Source: Bdellovibrionota bacterium | GTDB lineage: Bacteria; Bdellovibrionota_C; UBA2361; OMII01 | Direction: 5' to 3' | Length of the DNA stretch: 64,000 nucleotides | Assembly (NCBI GenBank): GCA_044345405.1 | Contig: JBIJBE010000004.1 | Span: forward strand, 2,405 to 66,404 | Shown: positions 47,458 to 57,113 of the stretch, one piece after another | Position numbering within the stretch: position 1 is the first letter of the stretch | Layout of the letters: each line of letters starts with the position of its first letter | Translations under genes and position numbers: made by a program | The notes under the pieces: model-generated | The model's input: only the letters and a program-made list of their open reading frames with translations | Databases searched by the model: none | What the model was told of the DNA's origin: nothing

Positions 47458-50400
47458 ATGATACGAGAGGGGCGGGCCGTGATTACAAATGATACCACAA
47501 GAAAATGTTCGACCAGGCGCCTTGGAGGATTCCGGCTCCGACGCCTCATCATCGTAACAATGATTACTGTTGGCCTACTTGCACAGGGTTCACCAGCGAA
47601 CGCACAGACTGGGGGAGATCCCGCCATCATCTTTAAGACCTTCGAGGTTGCGGGAACGTTCGGTCCTCAAAGGGGATACGGTGCGAGCGAGAACGGAAAT
47701 CTTACTATCCCCATCGATACGATACTAGCGGGCCCGGCCTATCTCTCTACACAAGCCACTCCCTCAGGATTCGCCGACGAAGGATTTGGCCTCGGAGTTA
47801 AGTGGATCCCTTCACTGGAGAACTCATCTGAAGGCCTAAGGCATAGGAGCGCTAATCACGTAGAAACCTTCTTTCTTCCGAGCGGAATTTCCAAAGACTT
47901 TACACGAGGGGATTTACGGCAGCTGCGCCCCATCGCGGGTGCAAACACACCGAAAGGGTCATTCGAGCTGATCTATCCGGACGGCTCTTCGGAGGTGTAT
48001 AGTCAGGTAACCTCAAAAGGGGTTTTTCTCTCCTCCTCTATCGATCCATTCGGAAACACGACCACATTCTCATACGGCGCAAGCTCCCCCATTCCCACCG
48101 CTATCACACTTCCGGCGGGACAAGGAGTGCTGGCAATTGAGAACGATGGAAAATTTGTCACGAAGATGACCAGTCCGGATAAGGTCTCTATCTCGTTTTC
48201 CTACACGAACAGCCGCATCACTCAGGTAACCGGCCCTGACGGCAGCGCAGTTCTTTCCCTCCAGTACGACAAGCTCGGCCTTGGGCTCCCCACCTCATCT
48301 CGGGACGCAGCGGGAAACCAAACCCTCCTAGCTTACAAAGTTAAACCCGGGACACAGGGACCAGCCGCCATAGCGGGATTAAGCACGCCAGACGGAGAGC
48401 AGTACACATTTGAACATTCAAAGACCTCCGCCACCATGACCAACTCCAAAGGAGTCACCACCAAGGTTACCTTGGCGACGAGTCCGGGTTCCGGCGATAT
48501 CTATGCGGAGAAGGTCTTTCAGGGTGGTCGATTAGCCAGCACCGTCACGTTAAACAACGACGGCAATATAATTGAGAGCGTTGATGCAAGGGGCCTCTCA
48601 ACGAAATACTCGTACGCCGCAAATGGCGCTATCGGCAGTAACGATACAAGCTCCCCCGTGGTGACGGGAGTATTGCTCTCGGATGGATCCAAAATCACCA
48701 TGTCCCTGGATTCCCGAAATGCGTTCCGACCCAATAAGATTGTAGAGACATCTTCAGGTGGAGTAACTAAGGAGCAGAACTACTCATGGAACGGTCCCAA
48801 ACTCCTGTCAACTGAGGTGCGCTCCCAAGGTCAGCAGGTCAACCAGATTACATTCGCCTACAACGGGAATAGCATGTTCCCAAGCTCCTCGGAGATGACT
48901 TCCACGGAGCAGGTAACCACGAATTCAAACGGGTTGCCCGTCCGTGCCCTTGCGTCAAACGGTGACGTGATGACATTTGAGCGCTCCTCTACCTCCAATC
49001 TTTCGAATGTAAATGGAGTTCCGCATCTCACGACGTTGAGCGTCGCTGCTGATAGCTCCGTTACGACTACAAGCCAGAGCCCAACAGGTCAGGTGACGAG
49101 GACCAGTAAAGTGTCGGGCGCATCCGACAGGGTTACTCTGTTAAGCCCCTCAGCGAAGGGGATGACCCTCGCCCTCGCTCAATCATCTAACAAAACTCTC
49201 AACCAGAATGGAGATTCTTCGTCCACGCAGAGTTGCGATTCGGTTGTCGATAACTGCACGACGACAGTCACCTGCAAGCCAAACGGAAAGGGCGGATGCG
49301 ACTACGTGACCGACACGAAATGCTCCGAGAAGACATGCACCCCGAATTGTGATGGAAAGTTGTGTGACGCGGATGATGGATGTGGGAATCCATGTAACTG
49401 TGATTTTAAGAAACTGAATGTATCCAAGAACGGATCAGGAAGTGGTATCGTTAAATCAAATCCTACCGGAATCGACTGTGGAGGCTCCTGCTCGCATTCG
49501 TATGCGACGGGGACCAAGGTATCTCTCACGGCCAACCCAGACAGTGAAAGCGTTTTTGTGGGATGGAGTGGAGCGTGCAGCGGCACCGGCTCGTGCTCAG
49601 TAACGATCTCCGCCGACACGAACGTTACCGCAACCTTCAACAAGACTCCCAAGACCTATCCACTGACGGTGAGTAAAAACGGCACAGGCTCCGGAACCGT
49701 GACTTCTAACCCAACAGGCATAAACTGTGGTGCTACTTGCTCCCAATCGTACAACTCAGGAACGCAGGTTACCTTAACCGCAAGTGCCGCCAACGGTAGC
49801 GAGTTCGCAGGATGGAGCGGACCATGCAGTGGAAAGGGTTCCTGCACGGTGACGATGGCCGCAGCTACTGGTGTCACAGCAACCTTCAATACAAAGACGG
49901 TCAGCTATGATGTAAAGGTAACTAAAAACGGTACAGGATCAGGCACGGTAACCTCTAATCCAACGGGAATAAACTGTGGGAGCGACTGCTCCGAATCTTA
50001 CACGTCAGGAACCAAGGTGACACTCACCGCCAGCCCGGCAAGTGACAGCATCTTTGCCGGTTGGAGTGGGCCTTGTAGTGGGACAGGAACATGCACAGTT
50101 ACGGTATCCGCGGCGACAAACGTCACCGCCACCTTTAATACCCAGGTAGTTACCTTCCCCTTAACGGTAAACAAGGTGGGGACAGGATCGGGCACCGTCA
50201 CCTCGAGTCCAACAGGCATCAATTGCGGAAGTACCTGCTCTCAAGCATACGCTTCAGGTACGCAGGTTACGATGACGGCTAGTCCTAACAGCGGCAGCGT
50301 CTTTGCCGGTTGGAGTGGCGCCTGCAGCGGAACCGTACCTTCCTGCACCGTGACGATGTCTGCGGAAAGAAAGGTTACCGCTCAATTTAATCTTGGCTCT

Positions 50401-50697
50401 CAATGCGTCCCTGATGGCTCCAACGGGAGCGGAACGTGTTGCAACGGAAGGCCACGATGCTCTGATAACTACTGCCGCGCTAGCTGCCAAACGTCGTGCA
50501 TACCCGATGGGTCCAATGCACCGGGCACATGCTGTTCCGGAAACCGATGTACGGATTCGTACTGTCGAACAAGTTGCCCACCTTTGGTCTGTCAGGGCAA
50601 GACATGTAACACCAATGCCGATTGCTGCTCCGCGTACCCGCTTTGCAAGGGTGGAAGATGTTCCCTGAATGGGGCCGGAGTTGGCTTAGGCTTTTAG
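47458..50697 (+). CDS. secreted YD-repeat protein with four InlB-B-repeat-like modules and Cys-rich tail
   Basis: GGAGGG SD before ATG 47458. Signal peptide. YD-type repeats (IDPFGNTTTFSY). Four 82-aa GSGTVTSNPTGINCG...FAGWSG.C.G.G.C.VT modules. Confidence 0.8.
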   Translation: MIREGRAVITNDTTRKCSTRRLGGFRLRRLIIVTMITVGLLAQGSPANAQTGGDPAIIFKTFEVAGTFGPQRGYGASENGNLTIPIDTILAGPAYLSTQATPSGFADEGFGLGVKWIPSLENSSEGLRHRSANHVETFFLPSGISKDFTRGDLRQLRPIAGANTPKGSFELIYPDGSSEVYSQVTSKGVFLSSSIDPFGNTTTFSYGASSPIPTAITLPAGQGVLAIENDGKFVTKMTSPDKVSISFSYTNSRITQVTGPDGSAVLSLQYDKLGLGLPTSSRDAAGNQTLLAYKVKPGTQGPAAIAGLSTPDGEQYTFEHSKTSATMTNSKGVTTKVTLATSPGSGDIYAEKVFQGGRLASTVTLNNDGNIIESVDARGLSTKYSYAANGAIGSNDTSSPVVTGVLLSDGSKITMSLDSRNAFRPNKIVETSSGGVTKEQNYSWNGPKLLSTEVRSQGQQVNQITFAYNGNSMFPSSSEMTSTEQVTTNSNGLPVRALASNGDVMTFERSSTSNLSNVNGVPHLTTLSVAADSSVTTTSQSPTGQVTRTSKVSGASDRVTLLSPSAKGMTLALAQSSNKTLNQNGDSSSTQSCDSVVDNCTTTVTCKPNGKGGCDYVTDTKCSEKTCTPNCDGKLCDADDGCGNPCNCDFKKLNVSKNGSGSGIVKSNPTGIDCGGSCSHSYATGTKVSLTANPDSESVFVGWSGACSGTGSCSVTISADTNVTATFNKTPKTYPLTVSKNGTGSGTVTSNPTGINCGATCSQSYNSGTQVTLTASAANGSEFAGWSGPCSGKGSCTVTMAAATGVTATFNTKTVSYDVKVTKNGTGSGTVTSNPTGINCGSDCSESYTSGTKVTLTASPASDSIFAGWSGPCSGTGTCTVTVSAATNVTATFNTQVVTFPLTVNKVGTGSGTVTSSPTGINCGSTCSQAYASGTQVTMTASPNSGSVFAGWSGACSGTVPSCTVTMSAERKVTAQFNLGSQCVPDGSNGSGTCCNGRPRCSDNYCRASCQTSCIPDGSNAPGTCCSGNRCTDSYCRTSCPPLVCQGKTCNTNADCCSAYPLCKGGRCSLNGAGVGLGF
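49408..50391 (+). repeat. 4 x 246-nt in-frame tandem repeat (divergent InlB B-repeat type)
   Basis: Read from the translation. The four units are roughly two-thirds identical to each other by eye. Confidence 0.85.
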
Positions 50698-50857
50698 AAA
50701 GTAGGAAGCAGATGCGGATCGCGATGCTAATTAGTGTTTTGATGATGAGAGGGAAGGATGGGCTTAACCATCGACGGAAATTGGTTATCCCTCCTGAAGG
50801 GAGTTCTGCCGCCTACGCACAAACTAATTGTATATGTCTTCAAGAGGGCCCTTAAAT

Positions 50858-52000
50858 ATGAATACAATTAGCACTCCCAAGAGGACCTTCCGGCTACTTA
50901 GTTTCACAGTGACCAAATGGCAGCCGGCCGTCCATTACTCACTTCTTCTGATCATTTATTTCCTGATAGGAACGACACGTTGCTCATTTCACGAAGCAGC
51001 AGCACAACAGTACGTTTGGATGAACCCTTGTGATGGTTTCTATAGTCAGCCGAGTGTCGGTCACAGTGTACATGAACTACACACTAAAATGTGTGAGTTC
51101 GGCTACGACAAGAAATTCCCGATAAATGGCGTTAGATATCCCGATGGCCGAATCGTCTTCTTCGATAATCGCCGCCCCTTAGCAGCTTCGATGGCCAAAG
51201 TGCAGGTCTATGTTAGAGTTCACGACTGCGACGCGCTGGCTCCAAAAACCGTGAGAAACAATCCAATGCTAAGGAAGCCGATAGTTTTATGTGATGGTAC
51301 TACTATTGCGCCGCCTGACGAGATGACGTGGGGAGATGCCATTCGTATGCGATCAATTGGAGGAGCTAGATTCAATGGTGGGCACATTCCAGAGGTACCT
51401 CTTTACCCGCCAGGACGACAGCAGGCCCCTTCAATTCGCCCACCCTGTGACACCGATGGTATGCCGGCAGCGCCTATCGCACCTCGCTTGCCAGCACCGA
51501 CAAGCTCCACTTCGACTCCGAGCCGGGCAAGCCTTCTAACTCGGTGCGGAGGCTCTGGGTTGATGCCCGCGCTACCGCTCCTACCGACGGCAATTGAATC
51601 TACTTGTAATTACCTGGGTGCACCGGAGGAAGTTGGCGCGGGCGCGGGAATTGCAGCGACTGGAGCCGTCACTGCTTACGAAGCTTACGTACTTTCAGGG
51701 GCAGCCTCGGCGGGACTGTCATTCACAGAGTGGGCTGTCTCAACTGGCATGTACGCTTCCTCGACCCTTGCCCCAGCGGCACCCGCGGCTGCCTGTGTCG
51801 CGACAGCGGGCCTCGCATATGGCGCGGGCCGGAGTGTTGATTATGTAACTGGCAACAGAATAAGTGGTTACGGGGCAACCGTTGGTTGTGCGGTCTACGA
51901 CACTGCCGCAGTGATATGGCGCTGGAAATTTGACTACGGCATAACTGGCGCATGTTGGGACGGAATCGGACGAGGGCCGACATCCTTTTGGGGTTGGTAG
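50858..52000 (+). CDS. orphan secreted/membrane-anchored protein with Gly/Ala-rich hydrophobic C-terminal region
   Basis: Hydrophobic N-terminus HYSLLLIIYFLIG, Pro-rich linker, C-terminal GAGAGIAATGAV... region. The 5' half is AT-rich. Confidence 0.5.
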   Translation: MNTISTPKRTFRLLSFTVTKWQPAVHYSLLLIIYFLIGTTRCSFHEAAAQQYVWMNPCDGFYSQPSVGHSVHELHTKMCEFGYDKKFPINGVRYPDGRIVFFDNRRPLAASMAKVQVYVRVHDCDALAPKTVRNNPMLRKPIVLCDGTTIAPPDEMTWGDAIRMRSIGGARFNGGHIPEVPLYPPGRQQAPSIRPPCDTDGMPAAPIAPRLPAPTSSTSTPSRASLLTRCGGSGLMPALPLLPTAIESTCNYLGAPEEVGAGAGIAATGAVTAYEAYVLSGAASAGLSFTEWAVSTGMYASSTLAPAAPAAACVATAGLAYGAGRSVDYVTGNRISGYGATVGCAVYDTAAVIWRWKFDYGITGACWDGIGRGPTSFWGW

Positions 52001-52079
52001 TGGAATGATAACAGTGGGCGGAGACCGAAACATGACATGGAGGCGACAGTTATGGACACTAAAGTTCCTTACTAATTAT

Positions 52080-52105
52080 GGAGAAAAAGAATGTCATTTT
52101 TCTCC
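52080..52105 (+). terminator. hairpin ggagaaaaa-N8-tttttctcc
   Basis: 9-bp stem, 80 nt past the stop at 52000. Confidence 0.4.
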
Positions 52106-52326
52106 GTGTAGCTGTCGAAACGTAAGGTCCCCCAGTTTCGTGAAAAACTCTAAATCTTCAGTGCTACCAACCCAGGCGGCAGGTCACTAAGTCCCATATA
52201 CTGTTGGATAATTGTTGTAAAAAAATCATTCGATTTGCCGAACCTGTTCGATTACAATGCGGGGACTTCAGGGGTTCGCTAGTGGGCTTTTTTCTTAGAT
52301 AAATGTTTAGCTTGAAAGTGATTTAA

Positions 52327-53073
52327 ATGTCTAAAATAATAGGCACTCCTCCATCAAACAAACCCGCCACTGACATACCTAATAAGGTTTCTAACTCGGC
52401 AGGGGATGACTCTGAATTCGTTTCAGCCTCCCTTCCTTCTCGATTATCGACCGATCTTTTGCAAGAAACCCTTACTCGTATTCGTTTAGATTCTCGTTAT
52501 GCTGAGAACTTACCATATGGGAAGGTGCGCAAAGGGCACCCCGAAGGAAGTGTAGAAAATCACATTGCAGAAGTAGAACAAAACGTTTCTGAGATTTGTG
52601 CCCTCTCGCGTTCGCTTGGAACTGAAATCCCACAAGAACTAATAATTGAATTACTAATAGTCACTCATGTGCATGATACTTTTAAGGGACAGTCTAAAAA
52701 GCAAGCACGAATTGAAGATCCAGAAAGCCATGCCTCACTGGCGCGCGCGTTTCTGTCGGAATTTTCCGCAGATGACAGGCTCCTCTCATGTGTCCAATAC
52801 CATGATGTCCCGTATTCGATGTATAGGAATTTCAAAAAATTTGGAGATGTAAATCACGAAAGACTTTCAAGCTTAATCGGAAACGTGAAAGACCTCCATC
52901 TCTTCACACTTTTCCAGATTGCCGATAACACCACTAAGGGGAAAGCCCCTGAACAAAATGCAACTTCGTCAACTGAATGGTTTATCAATCAAGTCTCTGG
53001 TCAGCTTATCAAATCGGATTACTATCTAGCAATTTACAGAATGCTTGCTGAAAGAAAGGCAACCCACAACTGA
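52327..53073 (+). CDS. HD-domain phosphohydrolase (CCA-enzyme-type HPEG...H...HD motif)
   Basis: KGHPEGSVENHIAEV, THVHDTFK, QYHD. Low-GC gene. Confidence 0.6.
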   Translation: MSKIIGTPPSNKPATDIPNKVSNSAGDDSEFVSASLPSRLSTDLLQETLTRIRLDSRYAENLPYGKVRKGHPEGSVENHIAEVEQNVSEICALSRSLGTEIPQELIIELLIVTHVHDTFKGQSKKQARIEDPESHASLARAFLSEFSADDRLLSCVQYHDVPYSMYRNFKKFGDVNHERLSSLIGNVKDLHLFTLFQIADNTTKGKAPEQNATSSTEWFINQVSGQLIKSDYYLAIYRMLAERKATHN

Positions 53074-53331
53074 GTCTGTCAGGGCTCCCTCTCTCTGAAC
53101 ACTAATTACTAACTCAGTAGTAGCGGCTTTTCCTCCATCCGGCAGGGGCGCAATGGGGGTGAGGAGAGGCTCATAACCTATGAATAGCTTGTGAGCATGG
53201 CTTGATAGTTTGTTCGCGCTGTTGACGGCGGTATTGGATGGGCCATGTGTGACCGTCCATTCCCCGGCGTCTTAGGGCCCCAGGCGTGAGACTTGTATTT
53301 TTGCGTCTCCAACAATCCAGGAGGAGCAAAA

Positions 53332-53454
53332 ATGACACGACCACGACATACAGATGAAGAACGATGCGCGATAGGTGAAGTTATACTAACAACCAGCACG
53401 AACGCGGGTCGTATCGGGCACGTCTCGACCAAACCTCGAGACCTCCAATCGTGA
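53332..53454 (+). CDS. possible 40-aa small ORF (MTRPRHTDEERCAIGEVIL...)
   Basis: AGGAGG lies 7 nt upstream of the ATG. Too short to be in the ORF track. Confidence 0.2.
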   Translation: MTRPRHTDEERCAIGEVILTTSTNAGRIGHVSTKPRDLQS

Positions 53455-53603
53455 TATGCCCCCAACCACCCCCTGCCTACCCAGAGAGGCCCCTTTTTGT
53501 TGCGTAAGCGCCTCAATATACAAGAGACTCCCCCTCGCCCCCCCTCCCTTTGCTCCCCTTCTAAAAGCTACTAGAATGGGGCGACCTAACTGGGGAACGA
53601 GGC

Positions 53604-54014
53604 ATGCATTTTCGATACGCCACCACTATCACCCTCTTTGATACCGATGCCTCGGGGCTGCTGTTTTATGGCTCACTCTTTCGGCTCACACAAAGTTGCT
53701 TTGAGTCGTTTCTGAGGGAGAAGGACCTTCCGATCGCGCGGTGGATAACGGGGGAGCTCCCTGCCCTTCCTGTGCGAAAGGTCGAAGCTGAGTACCGGGC
53801 CCCCCTTCAAGCGGGCGCTCGGATTGAAGTCTCGATTACGAACATCTCCATCGGCACGACCTCTCTGACCGTTACCTATTCGGTGGTCGACACCGATACT
53901 CAGACGGAGTGCGCGACCGCTACGATCACCCATGTGGCGCTCGACCGTGCGGAGAAAAAATCTATTCCCCTCCCCCCTGAGGTAGCGAAGATCCTCTTGG
54001 AGCGTGCCTCATGA
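53604..54014 (+). CDS. hotdog-fold thioesterase, likely 1,4-dihydroxy-2-naphthoyl-CoA hydrolase
   Basis: YbgC/4HBT-like motif TLFDTDASGLLFYG. 4-nt overlap with menF. Confidence 0.6.
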   Translation: MHFRYATTITLFDTDASGLLFYGSLFRLTQSCFESFLREKDLPIARWITGELPALPVRKVEAEYRAPLQAGARIEVSITNISIGTTSLTVTYSVVDTDTQTECATATITHVALDRAEKKSIPLPPEVAKILLERAS

Positions 54015-55405
54015 CACACGCGTCCCCCCTCTCTCTCACGCAACACATCCAGGCGCTCGCGCAATCGGCGCGCCTTGCGCACTCCCAAAGTGGAGCAGAT
54101 TCATCAACACCAACGGTACGCATCTCCCGGCGCATCGAGGATACCTCACCACTCGACATCCTCTCGATCATCCCGAGCTCCCCATCACTCTACTGGAGAT
54201 CTTCAGACGGGTCGTTTGAAGTGGCAGGGTTCGGCGCGGCCGACCGTAGGAGATGCGACGATTCCAACGAACTCTCGGACCTCATCGCCGGTATTCAACA
54301 TCGCCTCGCCGCGTCACCATCAACGGTAAAATACTTCGGCGGTATACGATTTAACATCGCCGCCCCCGGATCCCCTGAATGGGGCGGATATGGCGTGGCG
54401 ACCTTCGTGCTTCCACAACTTGAGGTACTTCGCCACGATGGCTCCTCCTACGTCGCGATCAACATCGTGAACGATCGCGCCATAGAGGAGCAACTTACCG
54501 TCGTGCACGAGATCGTTGAGCGACTCTCCTCTCCACGCAAAGCGAGCCCGCCACAAGCGAGCGATCTTCGCAAAGATACCCCCGATCAGAACACATGGGA
54601 TGAAAACGTCCGTGAGGTGCTCGCTATCCTTGAGAGCAGCCAACGAGCGCAAAAAGTCGTCCTTTCACGCCGCACTGACTTCCAAGTAACACGTCCAGGT
54701 TCTCGTTCCGAGGTATTGAATGAGATCCTCAAATCATCGCCACTCTCGTACGGTTTCCTATTCTCTCCCGATTCATCCACTACGTTCCTGGGAGCGACAC
54801 CTGAGCGCCTCTACAAACGGTCGGGGCGTTCAATTGTCAGCGCCGCACTTGCCGGAACAACGACCCGTGGCGTCAACCAAGAGCAGGACAAGGTGCTCGC
54901 CAACGACCTCCTCAATAGCCGAAAGAATCGGCTTGAGCACCAGATCGTAGTAGATACGATAGCATCGGAGCTACAGCGAGTATGTGCCTCACCGATCTCA
55001 ACCGAAGAGACCACAACAGTGAGAACGGGATCCGTACAACACCTGATCGCGGCGCTCCGAGGAACGCTTCGTGATGACGCCACAGATCGCGACATCCTTC
55101 TGGGCCTCCACCCGACTCCGGCTGTGGCGGGAACACCAACTGAACTCGCGATGCAATTCATCAAAGACCACGAGGGATACGATCGTGGTTGGTACACCGG
55201 TCCGATCGGATTCCTCGGACGGGACGAGAGTGAGTTCGCGGTCGCGCTCCGCTGCGCGCTCCTCGCTGACGATACGTGGAGACTCTACGTTGGAGCGGGG
55301 ATCGTATCGGGGTCCGATGAGCGCTCTGAGTGGAACGAACTTGAAGCAAAGGCGGCTCCCTACCTGAAACTGATCCAGAGCGAGCGACACCATGTCCGAT
55401 CCTAA
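54011..55405 (+). CDS. menF: isochorismate synthase
   Basis: Chorismate-binding C-terminal motifs (GWYTGPIGF, GAGIVSGSD). Confidence 0.85.
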   Translation: MTHASPLSLTQHIQALAQSARLAHSQSGADSSTPTVRISRRIEDTSPLDILSIIPSSPSLYWRSSDGSFEVAGFGAADRRRCDDSNELSDLIAGIQHRLAASPSTVKYFGGIRFNIAAPGSPEWGGYGVATFVLPQLEVLRHDGSSYVAINIVNDRAIEEQLTVVHEIVERLSSPRKASPPQASDLRKDTPDQNTWDENVREVLAILESSQRAQKVVLSRRTDFQVTRPGSRSEVLNEILKSSPLSYGFLFSPDSSTTFLGATPERLYKRSGRSIVSAALAGTTTRGVNQEQDKVLANDLLNSRKNRLEHQIVVDTIASELQRVCASPISTEETTTVRTGSVQHLIAALRGTLRDDATDRDILLGLHPTPAVAGTPTELAMQFIKDHEGYDRGWYTGPIGFLGRDESEFAVALRCALLADDTWRLYVGAGIVSGSDERSEWNELEAKAAPYLKLIQSERHHVRS

Positions 55406-57113
55406 CCTCGCGCATCGATGGGCGTACACATTTCTTACCCAACTTCGATCGCTTGGTGTTGAGCGCGTCTTTGTCGCTCCAGGATCTCGCTCAACGGTTC
55501 TTGCGTTGCAGGCATTCAATATTTTCGGAACGAACCTTGTCACCCACTTTGACGAGCGAGGGCTTGGATTCCTTGCGCTCGGTGCCGCTAAGGCATCCCG
55601 CAAAGCCACCTGCATCATCACCACCTCTGGCACCGCTGTGGCGAATCTTCTTCCAGCGGTGATTGAAGCTCGCTATTCTCACGTTCCCCTCATTGTCCTC
55701 TCGGCGGATCGTCCCCCGGAGATGCAGGATCGGGGGTGCAATCAAACGATCGATCAAAAAGAGATCTTCGGATCTCATGCGCTCGCCTACCACGAGATAT
55801 GCCCACCAGAGGAGACGACTCCACTCACAGACCTTCAGACGTGGGCTATCTCAGCGTGGCACGATGCGACCCGACCGGGCAATGAGGGCGCGGTCCAGGT
55901 CAATTGGATGTTTCGTGAGCCCTTCTTCGCGAGCGAAAGCGCTGATGCGTCGGTTCCACTCGACACTCCCGCTCCACTCCCGATCACATCAGCTACACCG
56001 CCAACATCACCTGATCTTGAAACGCTCACAGGGATACTCTCTACCACCTCTCGCGGCATCTGCGTTGTTGGCGCGTTAGAGAGCCCCGAAGAAGCTGCCG
56101 CGGCGCGAGCATGTGTCACAAAGCTCGGATGGATAACGTTCGCCGACTCACTCTCTCAACTTCGACAGGACAACGAACTCAAAGGGCTCATGTCGTTCGG
56201 AGATATGAGCCTTCTCGCCTCCCTTTCCGAGGATCTACAACCCGACACTATCCTCCATATCGGTGGGCGCCTCGTCTCAAAGCGGATTTCGGCGCTCCTC
56301 GCTCCATCAACTAAGGCCAAAGTAGTGAGCGTTTCATCGACGAGCGACCACTTTAATCCGAATGATGGAATCCAAACGCGGATTGTCGCTCCAATGTCGG
56401 CGCTTGAGAACATAGCGGTATCTGGTCCACAGGAACCTGACTTTCAAGAGCGCTTTATCACAAAGAACTCGAAGGTGGGATCCTCAATCGAGGAGTTCTT
56501 TGGAAATCACCTAGGGGAGATCTCAGAACCCAAGCTCCTCCGCGCACTCTCCCTTCACACACCGAGCTCGCACACCCTCATGCTCGGCAACAGCATGCCG
56601 ATCCGAGACTTCGAGATGTTCGCAGCGACACGAAGCGATGCGCCCCGCACGATCGCTAATCGAGGCGCGAGCGGTATCGACGGCATTATAGCAACCGCCT
56701 GTGGCGCTGCACTTGGCGGTAAGACTCCCGTTACCCTTGTGGTCGGAGACCTGTCAGCCCTCCACGATCTCAATTCACTCGCTCTCGCGCGCTCGGTGAA
56801 AACTCCTTTCCCGATCATCGTTATCAACAACGATGGAGGTGGGATCTTCTCACTCCTTCCGGTCTCCAAGACCGAGCATTTCGAGCCCCTCTTCGGAACA
56901 CCGCATGGACTCCGTTTTAACGACATCACCCGTGGATTCGGAATCCCCTATACGAATCCCTCATCGATGGAGGAATTCATGCGAGCATATCAGAACGCGA
57001 CCTCACACCCCGGCGCTTCAGTGATTGAGGTCACAACGAATCGACACGCAAACGCGGAGCTCCACCGCGCCATCAGCAAAGAGATCGCGACATCCCTATC
57101 CACACTCCGATGA
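55392..57113 (+). CDS. menD: SEPHCHC synthase
   Basis: ThDP enzyme layout, GDLSALHDLNSL motif, 573 aa. Confidence 0.85.
   Translation: MSDPNLAHRWAYTFLTQLRSLGVERVFVAPGSRSTVLALQAFNIFGTNLVTHFDERGLGFLALGAAKASRKATCIITTSGTAVANLLPAVIEARYSHVPLIVLSADRPPEMQDRGCNQTIDQKEIFGSHALAYHEICPPEETTPLTDLQTWAISAWHDATRPGNEGAVQVNWMFREPFFASESADASVPLDTPAPLPITSATPPTSPDLETLTGILSTTSRGICVVGALESPEEAAAARACVTKLGWITFADSLSQLRQDNELKGLMSFGDMSLLASLSEDLQPDTILHIGGRLVSKRISALLAPSTKAKVVSVSSTSDHFNPNDGIQTRIVAPMSALENIAVSGPQEPDFQERFITKNSKVGSSIEEFFGNHLGEISEPKLLRALSLHTPSSHTLMLGNSMPIRDFEMFAATRSDAPRTIANRGASGIDGIIATACGAALGGKTPVTLVVGDLSALHDLNSLALARSVKTPFPIIVINNDGGGIFSLLPVSKTEHFEPLFGTPHGLRFNDITRGFGIPYTNPSSMEEFMRAYQNATSHPGASVIEVTTNRHANAELHRAISKEIATSLSTLR

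Noticed and set aside
49408-50391. Tandem 246-nt DNA repeat as a non-coding array
   Set aside because: It is in frame inside a long ORF and translates into four InlB-B-repeat-like protein modules.
45713-50697. Classical Rhs/YD polymorphic toxin with downstream immunity gene
   Set aside because: No Rhs core-closing motif or recognisable toxin domain was seen, and the C-terminus is made of B-repeat and Cys-rich modules. The idea is kept only as a context argument for the downstream island.
53178-53516. 112-aa minus-strand ORF in the island/men intergenic region
   Set aside because: No SD, an odd composition, and it overlaps the better-initiated small plus-strand ORF. It is probably non-coding.
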